The position numbers and the translations under genes are program-made. A stretch of DNA of 64,000 nt, from assembly GCA_047947115.1 (NCBI GenBank), contig CP170459.1, forward strand, positions 711,467 through 775,466. The letters are read 5' to 3'. Every line of letters begins with the position of its first letter. Positions within the stretch are counted from its first letter, which is position 1. Of this stretch, positions 1-10,175 are shown in pieces. The DNA comes from Verrucomicrobiota bacterium. GTDB lineage: Bacteria > Verrucomicrobiota > Verrucomicrobiia > Limisphaerales > AAA164-E04. The notes below the pieces were generated by a model. The model was not told where the DNA came from and ran no database searches. It saw only the letters and a program-made list of their open reading frames with translations.

Positions 1-307
1 ATCCCCCCACCAGGGCGCAGTTCAAAAATTAGAAATCCTTAACCGGAGGGGTAAGCTCCGTCTTACACCCACTTCAAACCTCAGTGCTTTGGAATCCTTT
101 TCAAGCTGCAATGGAATCGCCACAGTCATTCGATGAACGATAGTCTCCCCGCGTTCCATTCCTTTTGCTCAGAAAAGTTTTCAAGGGGAAAGTTTGGGAT
201 GAGTTGAACTCTCCCCTCCATTGTCTAAAAAATGAACTACGCCCCCCCGTCATATTGAACGGGTAAGGATTGGACAAAATTAAATCCTTCAGATACAGAA
301 AACTCAT

Positions 308-1036
308 ATGAAATCTGATTCCATTTTGTCGCCGCTTTCTTTCAAAAACCAGATCATCGCACTCTCTGCATTGTTCATCCTTTCCACCGCATTCGCCCAG
401 GATCTCTCCAGCGAGAAAAGCGTCAAGCCCGGCGTCAACGACAACTTCCTGGCGGCCGACCTCGACGTCAGTCAATGGGTGGAACGTTTCGAAACCGAAG
501 GTCGGGAAGTTTACGCCCTCCGCAACAAAGTCGTTGAAACCATCGACATCAAACCCGGCCAGAGTGTCGCCGACATCGGAGCCGGCACCGGCATCTACAC
601 CGGATTGTTCGCGGACGCGGTCGGCAAAGAAGGAACCGCCTATGCCGTGGACATCGTCCCCGTCTTCCTTTCCAACATCCTCAACCGCGCCAAGGAAACC
701 GGACGCAACAATATCAAAACCGTCCTCGGCACCGCCAAATCCACCAACCTCCCGGAAAACTCCGTGGACAAGGTCTTCATCTGCGACACCTACCACCACT
801 TTGAATTTCCCCGCAACACCCTGGCTTCCCTCCACAAAGCCCTGCGAAAAGGAGGCGAAATCATCCTGGTCGATTTCAAACGCGTCGAAGGTGAAAGCTC
901 CGACTGGATCATGAACCACGTCCGTGCCGGTGAAGAAGTCTTCTCAGCAGAAGTCGAATCCGCCGGCTTCGAAAAAGTCGCCTCCTACGACCTCCTCAAA
1001 GACAACTACATGATCCGATTCCGCAAAAAAGATTAA
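308..1036 (+). CDS. Class I SAM-dependent methyltransferase with N-terminal signal-like segment
   Basis: Motif I VADIGAGTG, AVDI, VDKVFICDTYHHF; hydrophobic N-terminus ending AFA-QD. Confidence 0.85.
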   Translation: MKSDSILSPLSFKNQIIALSALFILSTAFAQDLSSEKSVKPGVNDNFLAADLDVSQWVERFETEGREVYALRNKVVETIDIKPGQSVADIGAGTGIYTGLFADAVGKEGTAYAVDIVPVFLSNILNRAKETGRNNIKTVLGTAKSTNLPENSVDKVFICDTYHHFEFPRNTLASLHKALRKGGEIILVDFKRVEGESSDWIMNHVRAGEEVFSAEVESAGFEKVASYDLLKDNYMIRFRKKD

Positions 1037-1045
1037 GGTGTTCAG

Positions 1046-1459
1046 TCAGGATTTCCATGGGTTTAGGACATCCACACCATCAGGAAAATCAGATTCGTTT
1101 CTGGTGGCGATGACAAGCTGGAATTCGAGAGCTGTTGCCGCAATAAGACTGTCCATCAGGTTTAACTTTCGGCCTTTATTTTGATGATAAGCGTAGAAAG
1201 CACCCCATCGGTTCATGACAGATCCCGACACAGGAAATAACCTTCCCTCAGTCCACGTTTCGATACGTCTATACCAATTCTCAATCTGCGAACGGCGTTT
1301 TGAACGATTCAGCAACTGGATACCCTTGACGAGTTCCCCCATTGTCAGCACGCTCACACCTAGTTCTGAGTCATTCCGTCGAAACCATTCCATCACTCCC
1401 TGATGAGGATTTGGTCGACACAGTTCACTCAGCACATTGGTGTCCACGAGATATGTCAT
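1046..1459 (-). CDS. vapC: VapC-family PIN domain toxin
   Basis: YLVDTNVLSE, SVLTMGEL, DSLIAATAL, ATRNESDF PIN motifs; directly downstream of antitoxin. Confidence 0.9.
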   Translation of the reverse strand: MTYLVDTNVLSELCRPNPHQGVMEWFRRNDSELGVSVLTMGELVKGIQLLNRSKRRSQIENWYRRIETWTEGRLFPVSGSVMNRWGAFYAYHQNKGRKLNLMDSLIAATALEFQLVIATRNESDFPDGVDVLNPWKS

Positions 1460-1467
1460 GCGCAGTC

Positions 1468-1710
1468 CTACTGGAGCAGGAAATCTCTTGCCGTATCTTC
1501 GCTTCGATCAACACCCCACCCTTTGACTGGACACTCCTGCAATATGTCAGCCAACGTTTCTCTTGGAGCCATCTGCTGAAATTTTTCCATGGAAAGAACT
1601 ACAACAGTGGGTTGACCATGCCGGGTTATCATTTGAGGCCCATCCTCAAGGGCAGAATCCACCAACTTGCTCAATTTATTCTTAGCATCTTGAAGCGACC
1701 ACGATGTCAT
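1468..1710 (-). CDS. Phd/YefM-family antitoxin
   Basis: WSLQDAKNKLSKLV...GPQMITRHGQPTVVVLS; 8 bp upstream of PIN toxin. Confidence 0.9.
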   Translation of the reverse strand: MTSWSLQDAKNKLSKLVDSALEDGPQMITRHGQPTVVVLSMEKFQQMAPRETLADILQECPVKGWGVDRSEDTARDFLLQ

Positions 1711-1820
1711 GAGAACAACTTAGCTCACAATTCTGGCTAGTCTAGCTATTTTAACGCAAAACAGCGTTATGCCGAGATACCGCTGAAGTGAATTCACCGA
1801 CGGGCCCAAAATAATTCTCA

Positions 1821-1864
1821 TTGACAAACCTACACCTGTAAGCAACGATACTCCTACACTTGTA
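1821..1864 (+). promoter_or_regulatory. Promoter with two BlaI/CopY-type operators (TACA-NN-TGTA at 1831-1840 and 1855-1864)
   Basis: TTGACA at 1821-1826 followed by TACACCTGTA and TACACTTGTA (the second within the extended palindrome CCTACA-CT-TGTAGG), just upstream of the BlaI-family gene. Confidence 0.8.
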
Positions 1865-1873
1865 GGACACCAT

Positions 1874-2287
1874 ATGACCGTACACTCAAAACCAAAGAAA
1901 ACAGATCTTCCGGACCTCTCACCCAGCCAACTCGAGATCATGCAGGAAATCTGGGAACGTGGCGAAACCACCGTCAGCGAAGTGTGGGAAAGTCTTTTAT
2001 CCCAACGTCAGGTGGCAAGGAACACGATTCTGACCCTCATGGACCGACTCACCCAAAAAGGGTGGCTGAAACGTCGCATAGATGCGGGTGTCCACTATTA
2101 CTCCGCCACCACCGCACGCAAAAAGACCCTGGGCAACATGGTCAATCAATTGATCGAAAAAGCCTTTGCCGGTTCAAGCGAAGACCTGGTGCTCACACTG
2201 CTTGAAAGCCGAGGCCTGACCAAAGCCGAATCAGACCGTATTCAAACCCTCATCCAACAAGCAGCAAAGAAAGGAAACAAAAAATGA
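1874..2287 (+). CDS. BlaI/MecI/CopY family transcriptional repressor
   Basis: LSPSQLEIMQEIWERGETTVSEV...RNTILTLMDRLTQKGWL...GSSEDLVLTLL. Confidence 0.9.
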   Translation: MTVHSKPKKTDLPDLSPSQLEIMQEIWERGETTVSEVWESLLSQRQVARNTILTLMDRLTQKGWLKRRIDAGVHYYSATTARKKTLGNMVNQLIEKAFAGSSEDLVLTLLESRGLTKAESDRIQTLIQQAAKKGNKK

Positions 2288-4881
2288 ACGTTCCCGCCTT
2301 TTTCGACGGTTTTCTCATCTGGATGGCCCTGTCTTCGGTCATAATACTGGCTGCCGGAATCATCGCACTCCTGCTGTTTCGTAAAAGCGCCGCATGGCGG
2401 CACCAGATTTGGCTGAACATGTTGATCGGAATCTGGCTGCTCCCTACCGCCACCTGGATCGTTCAGGAAATGAACTGGAACTGGACGCCAAGCAACAAAA
2501 AACACAACACTGTTTTCGATTCCCGTGCTGCATCAACACCTGCTACTCCAACCATCGAACCTGCTCTGGACAAAAACGAAACATCCCAACCGGGTACCCA
2601 TTTCTCAACAACGACTCAACTTTCAACTCCACCCACTGTCCCTATCCCGTCGAACCAGGACAAGAAAACCCTGAGAGAATGGATCCATCCGGCGAAAGCA
2701 GCGCTTTTCTGGACTTGGTTATCGGGAACCTTGTTCCTTTGCTCAAGATGGATGATCGGCTGGTGGCGACTGAGACAGATCATCCGCCATTCCTCTCCCA
2801 TCAACCAACGGACAACCACGGAAATCCTGAAACGTACGGTCGATAACCTCGACATGAAATGTTGTCCCCGAATTCATACATCCCAGCAAATCACCACCCC
2901 CATGGTGATCGGGACATGGAATCCCTCCATTCTTTTGCCTTTCCCCCAACTGCAGGAAATCAGCCCCCCTGAACTTGAACAAATCCTGATCCACGAGTGC
3001 GCCCATATTCAACGCCGCGATCACTGGGTCTGGTTACTCCAACGCATCGGACGCACGATCTGTTGGATCAATCCCCTCTACCACTGGATGCACGCCGAAC
3101 TGAGCCGTGCCCGCGAAGAACTCTGCGACAACCATGTTCTCCAACAATGGACCGGACTCGACTACGCCCAAACCCTGTCCAAAGTCTCGAACAGATGGCA
3201 TCAACAGAACCCCATGATCACCGGCCTCGCCATCGGCTTCCGAAAACACCAACTCGTCCACCGCGTCGAAACCCTACTCGACCAAACCGTCGATCATCGC
3301 AGCTCACTGAACCCGATTTCCCAATCAGCCTTCTTCATCCTATTCTCCGCCCTCATACTGAGCTGCGCCCTTGTCACATCCGGACTCACTCAGGAACAAA
3401 CAAAAAATTCACTCGAGGATACGCCACCAGATTCAGCTATCGAAACATCCAAGCTCCGACCCTACCCGAATGACATCAAGGCGCAGAAGTATTTGATGTC
3501 CGACGGAAAAGACATCCACGAAGTTGAATACTACCCTTGGGTGGAAGAAAGCGATTACCAACGGGTACCTAAGTCAATGTTTGATAGTTACGACTTAAAA
3601 CCATTTGTGTGGAATTCACGAAAAACAAGTCGAATAACTTTATCTGCCAACTTCGCTCACTTCTGCGGACTAACACAAAAGCAAGCAGAAGAGGTAAACC
3701 AAGTTATTGCTCAAACTCTAAATGAGTTTGATTTGCTGAAAGCAAGTCAGATGGAATTCGTTAGCGAAGTGGACTGGGACGACGATTATCCCCACTCAGG
3801 AATAAAGAAAACGGTGACTTTTAAATGGGATCCAATTGAAGATCAACACATTGATGTCTTCCTTGAATTGCGGAAAATCTTGGAGCGTGAAGTCGAGAAG
3901 GTTTTAGGTTCAGATCGGACAAAATTGCTATTACAAGCTAGACAGCCTGCATCTGTTCTTTCAGGAATGACTGAAGGGATGCTATCGAATCCCCCCAGAC
4001 AACAAATTTTTCCAAAGTATTACGTTTTCTGCTTAGAAAAGTATGGAACTGGTTGGATTGTGAGCATGAAGAGGGGAAGCATAGCCAACTACGGCGGACC
4101 GCTACCTGAAGAATTGGATCAATATGTCCCTGAACGAATGAAAGAGACGCTTTCAAAATGGAGGGAATTCGCCAGAGCAAATCCACCGACAGATGAAGAA
4201 ATCAAAAACTTGAGCGTTCAAATTTCAATTGAGCCAAACGAGCAATATTCCCGACATAGTGAACAGCATTTGGTTCTCTGGAGTCCTGAAAATCCACATT
4301 TCGATATTCCAAAAAAACTTTTAGCCGAACTCTCAGTCCCAGGCCTATCCATTTACAATGGCATCTCAAACACTGCAGCCACCATGCTTGGCCTGTCTGA
4401 CGAGGGCAATCGTTTACTGACGAAAACCTATCAGGAATTTGACACTCGATTCAGAATCCTCCAAAAACAGCATATGCACCCCCTCTCCAATGAATCATAC
4501 AATCTCCAAATCAATGCATTTCCAAACGAAGCCAACAAACTAAAAGAGGTGTGGCTAACATTCTTACTCAAGACCTTTGGGGAGACTCAGGCGCACACAA
4601 TAGACAAAGCGCTGCGAACAGTTCCGGATGAATATGAATACATGCAAGGTTTTCCACCTTCTATCCTTTCATTTATGAGCTTTCCTTCACGCATTTGGTT
4701 AGAATCAGGAACCGATTCCATTAAATTCTATGTCTTGGACGAACGAACGAGTTTTAAGAAAATCGAATGGACGAAATCAGACGGACAGCAGGGAGTGACG
4801 GTTGCACAGAATAATTACATTAGTGATCACCAAGAGCGAATCCTCCGAAGTCTGTTCAACCTTGATTTTGATTCCGAATAA
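2284..4881 (+). CDS. M56 (BlaR1-like) metallopeptidase with long unknown C-terminal region
   Basis: N-terminal TM helices, ILIHECAHIQRRD (HExxH), WINPLYHW, REELCD; overlaps blaI-like stop by 4 bp. Confidence 0.85.
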   Translation: MNVPAFFDGFLIWMALSSVIILAAGIIALLLFRKSAAWRHQIWLNMLIGIWLLPTATWIVQEMNWNWTPSNKKHNTVFDSRAASTPATPTIEPALDKNETSQPGTHFSTTTQLSTPPTVPIPSNQDKKTLREWIHPAKAALFWTWLSGTLFLCSRWMIGWWRLRQIIRHSSPINQRTTTEILKRTVDNLDMKCCPRIHTSQQITTPMVIGTWNPSILLPFPQLQEISPPELEQILIHECAHIQRRDHWVWLLQRIGRTICWINPLYHWMHAELSRAREELCDNHVLQQWTGLDYAQTLSKVSNRWHQQNPMITGLAIGFRKHQLVHRVETLLDQTVDHRSSLNPISQSAFFILFSALILSCALVTSGLTQEQTKNSLEDTPPDSAIETSKLRPYPNDIKAQKYLMSDGKDIHEVEYYPWVEESDYQRVPKSMFDSYDLKPFVWNSRKTSRITLSANFAHFCGLTQKQAEEVNQVIAQTLNEFDLLKASQMEFVSEVDWDDDYPHSGIKKTVTFKWDPIEDQHIDVFLELRKILEREVEKVLGSDRTKLLLQARQPASVLSGMTEGMLSNPPRQQIFPKYYVFCLEKYGTGWIVSMKRGSIANYGGPLPEELDQYVPERMKETLSKWREFARANPPTDEEIKNLSVQISIEPNEQYSRHSEQHLVLWSPENPHFDIPKKLLAELSVPGLSIYNGISNTAATMLGLSDEGNRLLTKTYQEFDTRFRILQKQHMHPLSNESYNLQINAFPNEANKLKEVWLTFLLKTFGETQAHTIDKALRTVPDEYEYMQGFPPSILSFMSFPSRIWLESGTDSIKFYVLDERTSFKKIEWTKSDGQQGVTVAQNNYISDHQERILRSLFNLDFDSE

Positions 4882-5178
4882 ACCGCTTTTCTTATTTGAA
4901 TTCATCCAGCAATCAGTAATAGGATAAAACCGGCTGCAGGAAACTCTACCCTTCCCCTGGCGTATCCAAAGCGGCGCTGCACGCCGCACTCCAGATTTGC
5001 GCAAGAGAACCTTTGGAAGCGTCAACGACAATTATTTGCCTCCTCCACCACAAAACTACACGAGGTGTTCCCCCTCAAACCACTTCGTGGCTTTGTGCCT
5101 TTGTGTGAAAAAAACATATAGGAAACTCAGCCCCTTTAAGCTCGCAAGTTGCCCCGTTTAGCCTTAAACATTCCGGGC

Positions 5179-5997
5179 ATGAACGAGACACCAGCAGCCC
5201 TGTTTCGACGTTTGAAGGGCGCCAAACATTTTTTTCTGATCGCCGGCCCGTGCGTCATTGAGGACGAGGCGGGCTGCCTGGAAATCGGACGACACATGAA
5301 AAAGATCTGTGCCGGTCTCGATATCCCCTACGTGTTCAAAGCCAGCTTCGACAAAGCCAACCGCTCCTCCAGTCAATCCTATCGCGGCCCCGGCTTTGAG
5401 CATGGATTGGAGATCCTTTCCAAAATCGGTCAGGACCTCAAACTCCCGGTCCTGTCGGACATTCACACCGAACAACAAGCCCTTGCAGCAGGCAAGGTGC
5501 TGGACATTCTCCAAATCCCCGCTTTCCTCTGCCGTCAGACCGATTTGCTCCAGGCCGCCGCCTCGAGCAAACGCATCATCAACATCAAGAAAGGCCAGTT
5601 TCTCAGCCCGAACGACATGCGCAACGTCGTTGACAAAATGAAACAGTTCGGCAACCAGAAACTTCTGCTCACCGAGCGTGGATCGAGTTTCGGCTACAAC
5701 AATCTGGTGACGGACATGCGTTCGATTCCGATCATGCAGGGATTCGGATGTCCGGTGGTCTTTGACGCGACCCATTCCGTTCAACTACCTGGTGGACAGG
5801 GAGACAAATCCGGCGGTCAGGGTGAGTTCGCTCCCGTCCTGGCACGTGCCGCGATGGCGGTTGGCGCCGAGGGATTGTTTGTGGAAACACATCCTGATCC
5901 TACAAAATCTCCAAGCGACGGACCGAACATGATTCCCTTGCCTGAAATGAACGCACTCCTGAAGCGACTGTCCAAAATCAAAGCTGCACTGAAATGA
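5179..5997 (+). CDS. kdsA: 3-deoxy-8-phosphooctulonate (KDO8P) synthase
   Basis: IAGPCVIE, FKASFDKANRSS, QIPAFLCRQTDLL, KKGQFL, FDATHSVQLPG. Confidence 0.95.
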   Translation: MNETPAALFRRLKGAKHFFLIAGPCVIEDEAGCLEIGRHMKKICAGLDIPYVFKASFDKANRSSSQSYRGPGFEHGLEILSKIGQDLKLPVLSDIHTEQQALAAGKVLDILQIPAFLCRQTDLLQAAASSKRIINIKKGQFLSPNDMRNVVDKMKQFGNQKLLLTERGSSFGYNNLVTDMRSIPIMQGFGCPVVFDATHSVQLPGGQGDKSGGQGEFAPVLARAAMAVGAEGLFVETHPDPTKSPSDGPNMIPLPEMNALLKRLSKIKAALK

Positions 5998-7943
5998 GAT
6001 TCTCAAGAAAAGCCATCACCTCTTCACACAGGCATATTTTGAAAGGAACACACTCCATAAGATTCCATTACTTTTGGATCTGTTTCACACTTGTGACCGG
6101 ATACGCCGTTCATTCAATTGCACAGGACAGCAATCCCTTGCAAGGAACTGTGAAAGGAGGATTCAAGACAACTGTTTCGGACGGCGACAAAGTCAGCGTG
6201 GTCTTCCGAGGTGATGAAATCGTCGACAATCGCATCACCGGATTAAGCATACAATTCAACGAGGACACCGAAGAAGCCAAACCCAAATTTTATGCAGAAT
6301 CACCTTCCTGCGAACGAAGTTCCGGTACGGACGATATTACTTCAACAGATTCCATCAAATTCTGGACAGCCGATAACAGGCTGATAATTGAGGGCATCGG
6401 ATGGGCCTGGGTAAAATCTCAATCTTTACTGATCATCAGCAACAAAGTTTCCACCACCATTCGTAAAGATTATATTGAAGCAAGCCCTTTATCTTCGAAA
6501 CCAAAAGCAACGAGTGGCGGCAAAGGGGTCGTCAACATTCATTCCGATCGATTTACTTTCAATCGCAACACATCCCAGGCAACCTTTTCCAACAACGTCA
6601 CTGCGGAAGATCCAGACAGACTCGCAATGTCCTGTAATCAACTACGAATCAATTTAGGCGAAGGTTCGGAAGAGTTGAAGGAAGTCATTGCAGAAGGTTC
6701 GGTGAGACTGAAACTACTGGATCCAAAACTCGAAGTCGAAGCCCAAAGCGGTCGCGCCATCTATAGTTTCGGCACCGAGAACGAGGGCACGCTCGAACTG
6801 CTCGACGCCCCCACATGGTCGGCAACCAGCTACAAAGGCGGAGGGGATCGTATTGTTGTTTCAGACACCGAAGCAAAGGGCAACTTTATGGTCCTTGGAA
6901 ACGCCTTCGCCACTCTTGATCCCGCCAACATCCGCAACCAAACCCTCAATGACGAAAACACAAAAACATCACTCATTGAAATCACTTCGGACCAATACAA
7001 CTTCGATGGTGACACAGTGCGGTTCGAAGGATTCGTCAAAGCATCGCAGCAACAAAACTGGACACTCCAATGCGACACACTGACTGCAGGCGTCAACCAG
7101 GAGTCCGGTCAAGTCAGGGAAATTGATGCGGGGGGAAATGTCCGGTTGACTCAAGTGCGCCAGGGAAAAACCATGCAATCCAGCGCCGACCAGGCGCTAT
7201 ATCGCCCCCTTCAAGACACCACGGAATCCATTGTATTGACGGGGTCGGCCATGGTGGATACGGGGGAATACCTTGCCCGCGGCCAAATGATTGAATGGGT
7301 CCAATCCGGCGAACAACAAACCATCAACGTCACCGGCCTGGCCACACTTGAAATGCCGGTGACGACAGTGATCAGTATTGGCATTCTTGATCTCCCCGAA
7401 AACAACAATACAAAAGAGAATTCGGATAAACCTTCCAAGCTGAGGGTGACAGCCGACCACTATCAATTTGCCGATCAGAAAGCGGTTTTCGAGAACAACG
7501 TCAAAGTTTACTTCGCAGACTCCACCATGGGATGTCAACGGATGGACGTAAAGTTTACTCCGGGCCGAACCGGCATCGAATCTTTGGAAGCCACCGGGAA
7601 CATCCTGTTTTCTGGAGAAGAAGGACGGATGACCTGCCAAAAGGTAATCGGCTATTTCTCGCAAGACACCCATCAAATGGAACGTCTGGTCGCAACGGAA
7701 TCGGTCAGACTCACCCATCCCAAGGGCAAGGCCAGAGGCGACAAGGCGACATTCTACCCGCAGACCGCCACCGTGCACCTGACCGGTGATCCTCAGGTCG
7801 TCGCGCAAGTGCCATCATCCAAGGGCGGGCGACCAAATTATTTTCATGCCGAGGGAGGAACTCTTTACTGGAATCAGGCCCGAAGCCGGTTCAGCGGCAA
7901 AGGAATGACGGTCAAAACTATCGAGAATCCCGACTTGTGGTAA
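5994..7943 (+). CDS. Long LptC/LptA(OstA)-like multi-beta-jellyroll protein
   Basis: Lies between kdsA and lptB; N-terminal TM; three repeated I-x-S/A-D...F...V OstA-like segments. Confidence 0.65.
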   Translation: MRFSRKAITSSHRHILKGTHSIRFHYFWICFTLVTGYAVHSIAQDSNPLQGTVKGGFKTTVSDGDKVSVVFRGDEIVDNRITGLSIQFNEDTEEAKPKFYAESPSCERSSGTDDITSTDSIKFWTADNRLIIEGIGWAWVKSQSLLIISNKVSTTIRKDYIEASPLSSKPKATSGGKGVVNIHSDRFTFNRNTSQATFSNNVTAEDPDRLAMSCNQLRINLGEGSEELKEVIAEGSVRLKLLDPKLEVEAQSGRAIYSFGTENEGTLELLDAPTWSATSYKGGGDRIVVSDTEAKGNFMVLGNAFATLDPANIRNQTLNDENTKTSLIEITSDQYNFDGDTVRFEGFVKASQQQNWTLQCDTLTAGVNQESGQVREIDAGGNVRLTQVRQGKTMQSSADQALYRPLQDTTESIVLTGSAMVDTGEYLARGQMIEWVQSGEQQTINVTGLATLEMPVTTVISIGILDLPENNNTKENSDKPSKLRVTADHYQFADQKAVFENNVKVYFADSTMGCQRMDVKFTPGRTGIESLEATGNILFSGEEGRMTCQKVIGYFSQDTHQMERLVATESVRLTHPKGKARGDKATFYPQTATVHLTGDPQVVAQVPSSKGGRPNYFHAEGGTLYWNQARSRFSGKGMTVKTIENPDLW

Positions 7944-7957
7944 TCGCTCGCTGAGGC

Positions 7958-8743
7958 ATGATCGAACACAAAGAAAACATGGACGCACTGGAAAGCGAAA
8001 CTACCGAAAGCAACGGGACGAATCTGCTCCTGCAGACATCCGAACTGGCCAAAGCCTATAAAGGACGCCGCGTCGTGGATGGCGTATCCATTCACGTCGA
8101 AGAAGGTGAAATCGTTGGATTGCTCGGGCCCAACGGCGCGGGCAAAACCACTTCCTTCAACATGGTGGTGGGAGTCGTTCGGCCTGATGATGGAGAAGTT
8201 TACTTCCGACAAACGCCTGTCTCCAATCTTGCGATGCACCAACGTGCCCGACTGGGGATGGGATACCTCACGCAGGAACCATCCGTTTTCCGCAAGCTGA
8301 CCGTTGCCCAGAACATTCTGGCGATTCTGGAAACCTGCAAGCTAACCGCTAGGGAACGAAAGATCCGGCTTCAAGCCCTGCTGGACGAACTGGATTTGGC
8401 ACGACTTGCCGACAGCAAGGCCTACACCCTGAGCGGAGGAGAAAAGCGTCGCCTGGAAATCACACGCGCATTGGTCACGCACCCAAAACTGTTGTTGCTG
8501 GATGAACCCTTCAGCGGCATCGACCCTATCGCGGTGTACGAAGTTCAAAAAATTGTGCGCCGCCTCAAGGAGAAAGGCCTGGGCATTCTGATCACCGATC
8601 ACAACGTCCGCGAAACCCTCAAACTCGTCGATCGCGCCTACATCATCCATCAGGGAAAGATACTCTGCCATGGACCCGCCGAGTTTTTGGCGGAAGATCC
8701 CCAGGCCAGGGAAATATACCTGGGACCCGACTTTAATTTATGA
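7958..8743 (+). CDS. lptB: LPS export ABC ATPase
   Basis: GLLGPNGAGKTT, LSGGEKRRLEI, LLDEPFSGIDP, ITDHNVRETL. Confidence 0.95.
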   Translation: MIEHKENMDALESETTESNGTNLLLQTSELAKAYKGRRVVDGVSIHVEEGEIVGLLGPNGAGKTTSFNMVVGVVRPDDGEVYFRQTPVSNLAMHQRARLGMGYLTQEPSVFRKLTVAQNILAILETCKLTARERKIRLQALLDELDLARLADSKAYTLSGGEKRRLEITRALVTHPKLLLLDEPFSGIDPIAVYEVQKIVRRLKEKGLGILITDHNVRETLKLVDRAYIIHQGKILCHGPAEFLAEDPQAREIYLGPDFNL

Positions 8744-9714
8744 AAAAAGCAGGAAGCCCAAAAGAACAGTCTGTTGCTGTTGAGGAATTTCTAAAGGAAC
8801 ACAGCGAAGAACTGAAACTAAATCCTATCGGTGAACCAACCGGACTCCATCGGCACATTAAGGAGCCAACTGTCAACCGCCCGGGGTTGGCCCTGGTAGG
8901 TTACAAAAAATACTTTGCAAGCAAGCGAGTCCAAGTCTTCGGCAGCGTGGAAACGACCTACCTGCGGTCACTCAACCCCCAGGACCGAGCCGATCTCTAC
9001 AACTGGATCTTCAAAACACGCATACCCTGCGTCATTTTCTCACGCAATCTGAACCCGGATAAAGCCCTCCTGAGCGCGGCACGTAAAGCCAAAGTTCCCG
9101 TGTTCAAAACCCCCCTGATTACCATGCGGTTCATCAACCTTGCAACACTTGCACTGGAGATGATGTTCGCCCCCAAAACAAATGAAATCGGGTGCATGGT
9201 CGACATCCTGGGAGTGGGAGTCATCATCCGGGGTGAAAGCGGCATCGGCAAAAGCGAAGCCGTGCTGGCGCTGGTCGAGCGGGGATACAGCCTGGTAGCC
9301 GATGACATCACAAAAGTGACCCGCATTGATCATCATTACATCGTCGGTACCAGTGATGAAATGACGCGCAACCTCATGGAAATTCGTGGCATCGGCCTGA
9401 TCGATGTCGCAGCCATGTTCGGTGTGCGCAGCATCCGCAAGGAAAAACAGGTCAACCTCGTCGTAAACCTTGTGCACTGGGATAAATTGAAGCAAATCGA
9501 CCGTCTGGGCATCGACAACGAATATGTCGAAATACTCGGAGTCAAAATACCCCACATCACTATTCCGGTCAGCCCGGGACGTGATGTTGCGCGCCTGATC
9601 GAAGTCGCAGCGTTCCAGACAAAACTGAAAGCATCTGGTATCAATACGGCCCAAGCCTTGAGCGACCGGCTGGTTCGAAAAATGACTCGCAACCGGTCGA
9701 CTCATGGAGATTAG
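8740..9714 (+). CDS. hprK: HPr kinase/phosphorylase
   Basis: VNRPGLAL, GESGIGKSE, LVADD, MEIRGIGLIDV, PVSPGR. Confidence 0.95.
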   Translation: MKKAGSPKEQSVAVEEFLKEHSEELKLNPIGEPTGLHRHIKEPTVNRPGLALVGYKKYFASKRVQVFGSVETTYLRSLNPQDRADLYNWIFKTRIPCVIFSRNLNPDKALLSAARKAKVPVFKTPLITMRFINLATLALEMMFAPKTNEIGCMVDILGVGVIIRGESGIGKSEAVLALVERGYSLVADDITKVTRIDHHYIVGTSDEMTRNLMEIRGIGLIDVAAMFGVRSIRKEKQVNLVVNLVHWDKLKQIDRLGIDNEYVEILGVKIPHITIPVSPGRDVARLIEVAAFQTKLKASGINTAQALSDRLVRKMTRNRSTHGD

Positions 9715-9835
9715 CGTTAATAGTTAGACCTGACCCCAATAGATTAAGTTTAAAAAATCGCTGGCTTCGTTCGATATCTCTTGTATAGTTTTAAGCCGAG
9801 CACTTCCGGATGGCAAGCGGAGGAGTAATTTAAGA

Positions 9836-10126
9836 ATGCCTCAATCAAATACAGCAGACTCAATCACAAAGGAGCTGGTTGTCCAAAACAAAATGGGCAT
9901 CCACGCCAGACCTGCAGCCATGTTCGTACGCACTGCCAGCCAGTTCGATGCGGACATTTTTGTGGAGAAGGACGGCGAACGGGTCAATGGGAAAAGCATC
10001 ATGGGACTCATGATGTTGGCAGCAGGTCCGGGCAGCAAATTGATCGTGGAGGCCTGCGGCAAGGATGCTGACAAAGCCGTCCAGCAGTTGGAGACCCTGC
10101 TGGCCAACAAATTTGACGAGAAATAA
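9836..10126 (+). CDS. ptsH: HPr phosphocarrier protein
   Basis: GIHARPA (His15) and NGKSIMGLM (Ser46). Confidence 0.95.
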   Translation: MPQSNTADSITKELVVQNKMGIHARPAAMFVRTASQFDADIFVEKDGERVNGKSIMGLMMLAAGPGSKLIVEACGKDADKAVQQLETLLANKFDEK

Positions 10127-10175
10127 GACTCCAGACTGTGGAGCTTGGGCTAAGCCCCCCCATTCGAATCGCTCA

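Noticed and set aside
8740-10126. hprK-HPr without PTS permeases
   Set aside because: A regulatory PTS linked to lptB is a common, described arrangement.
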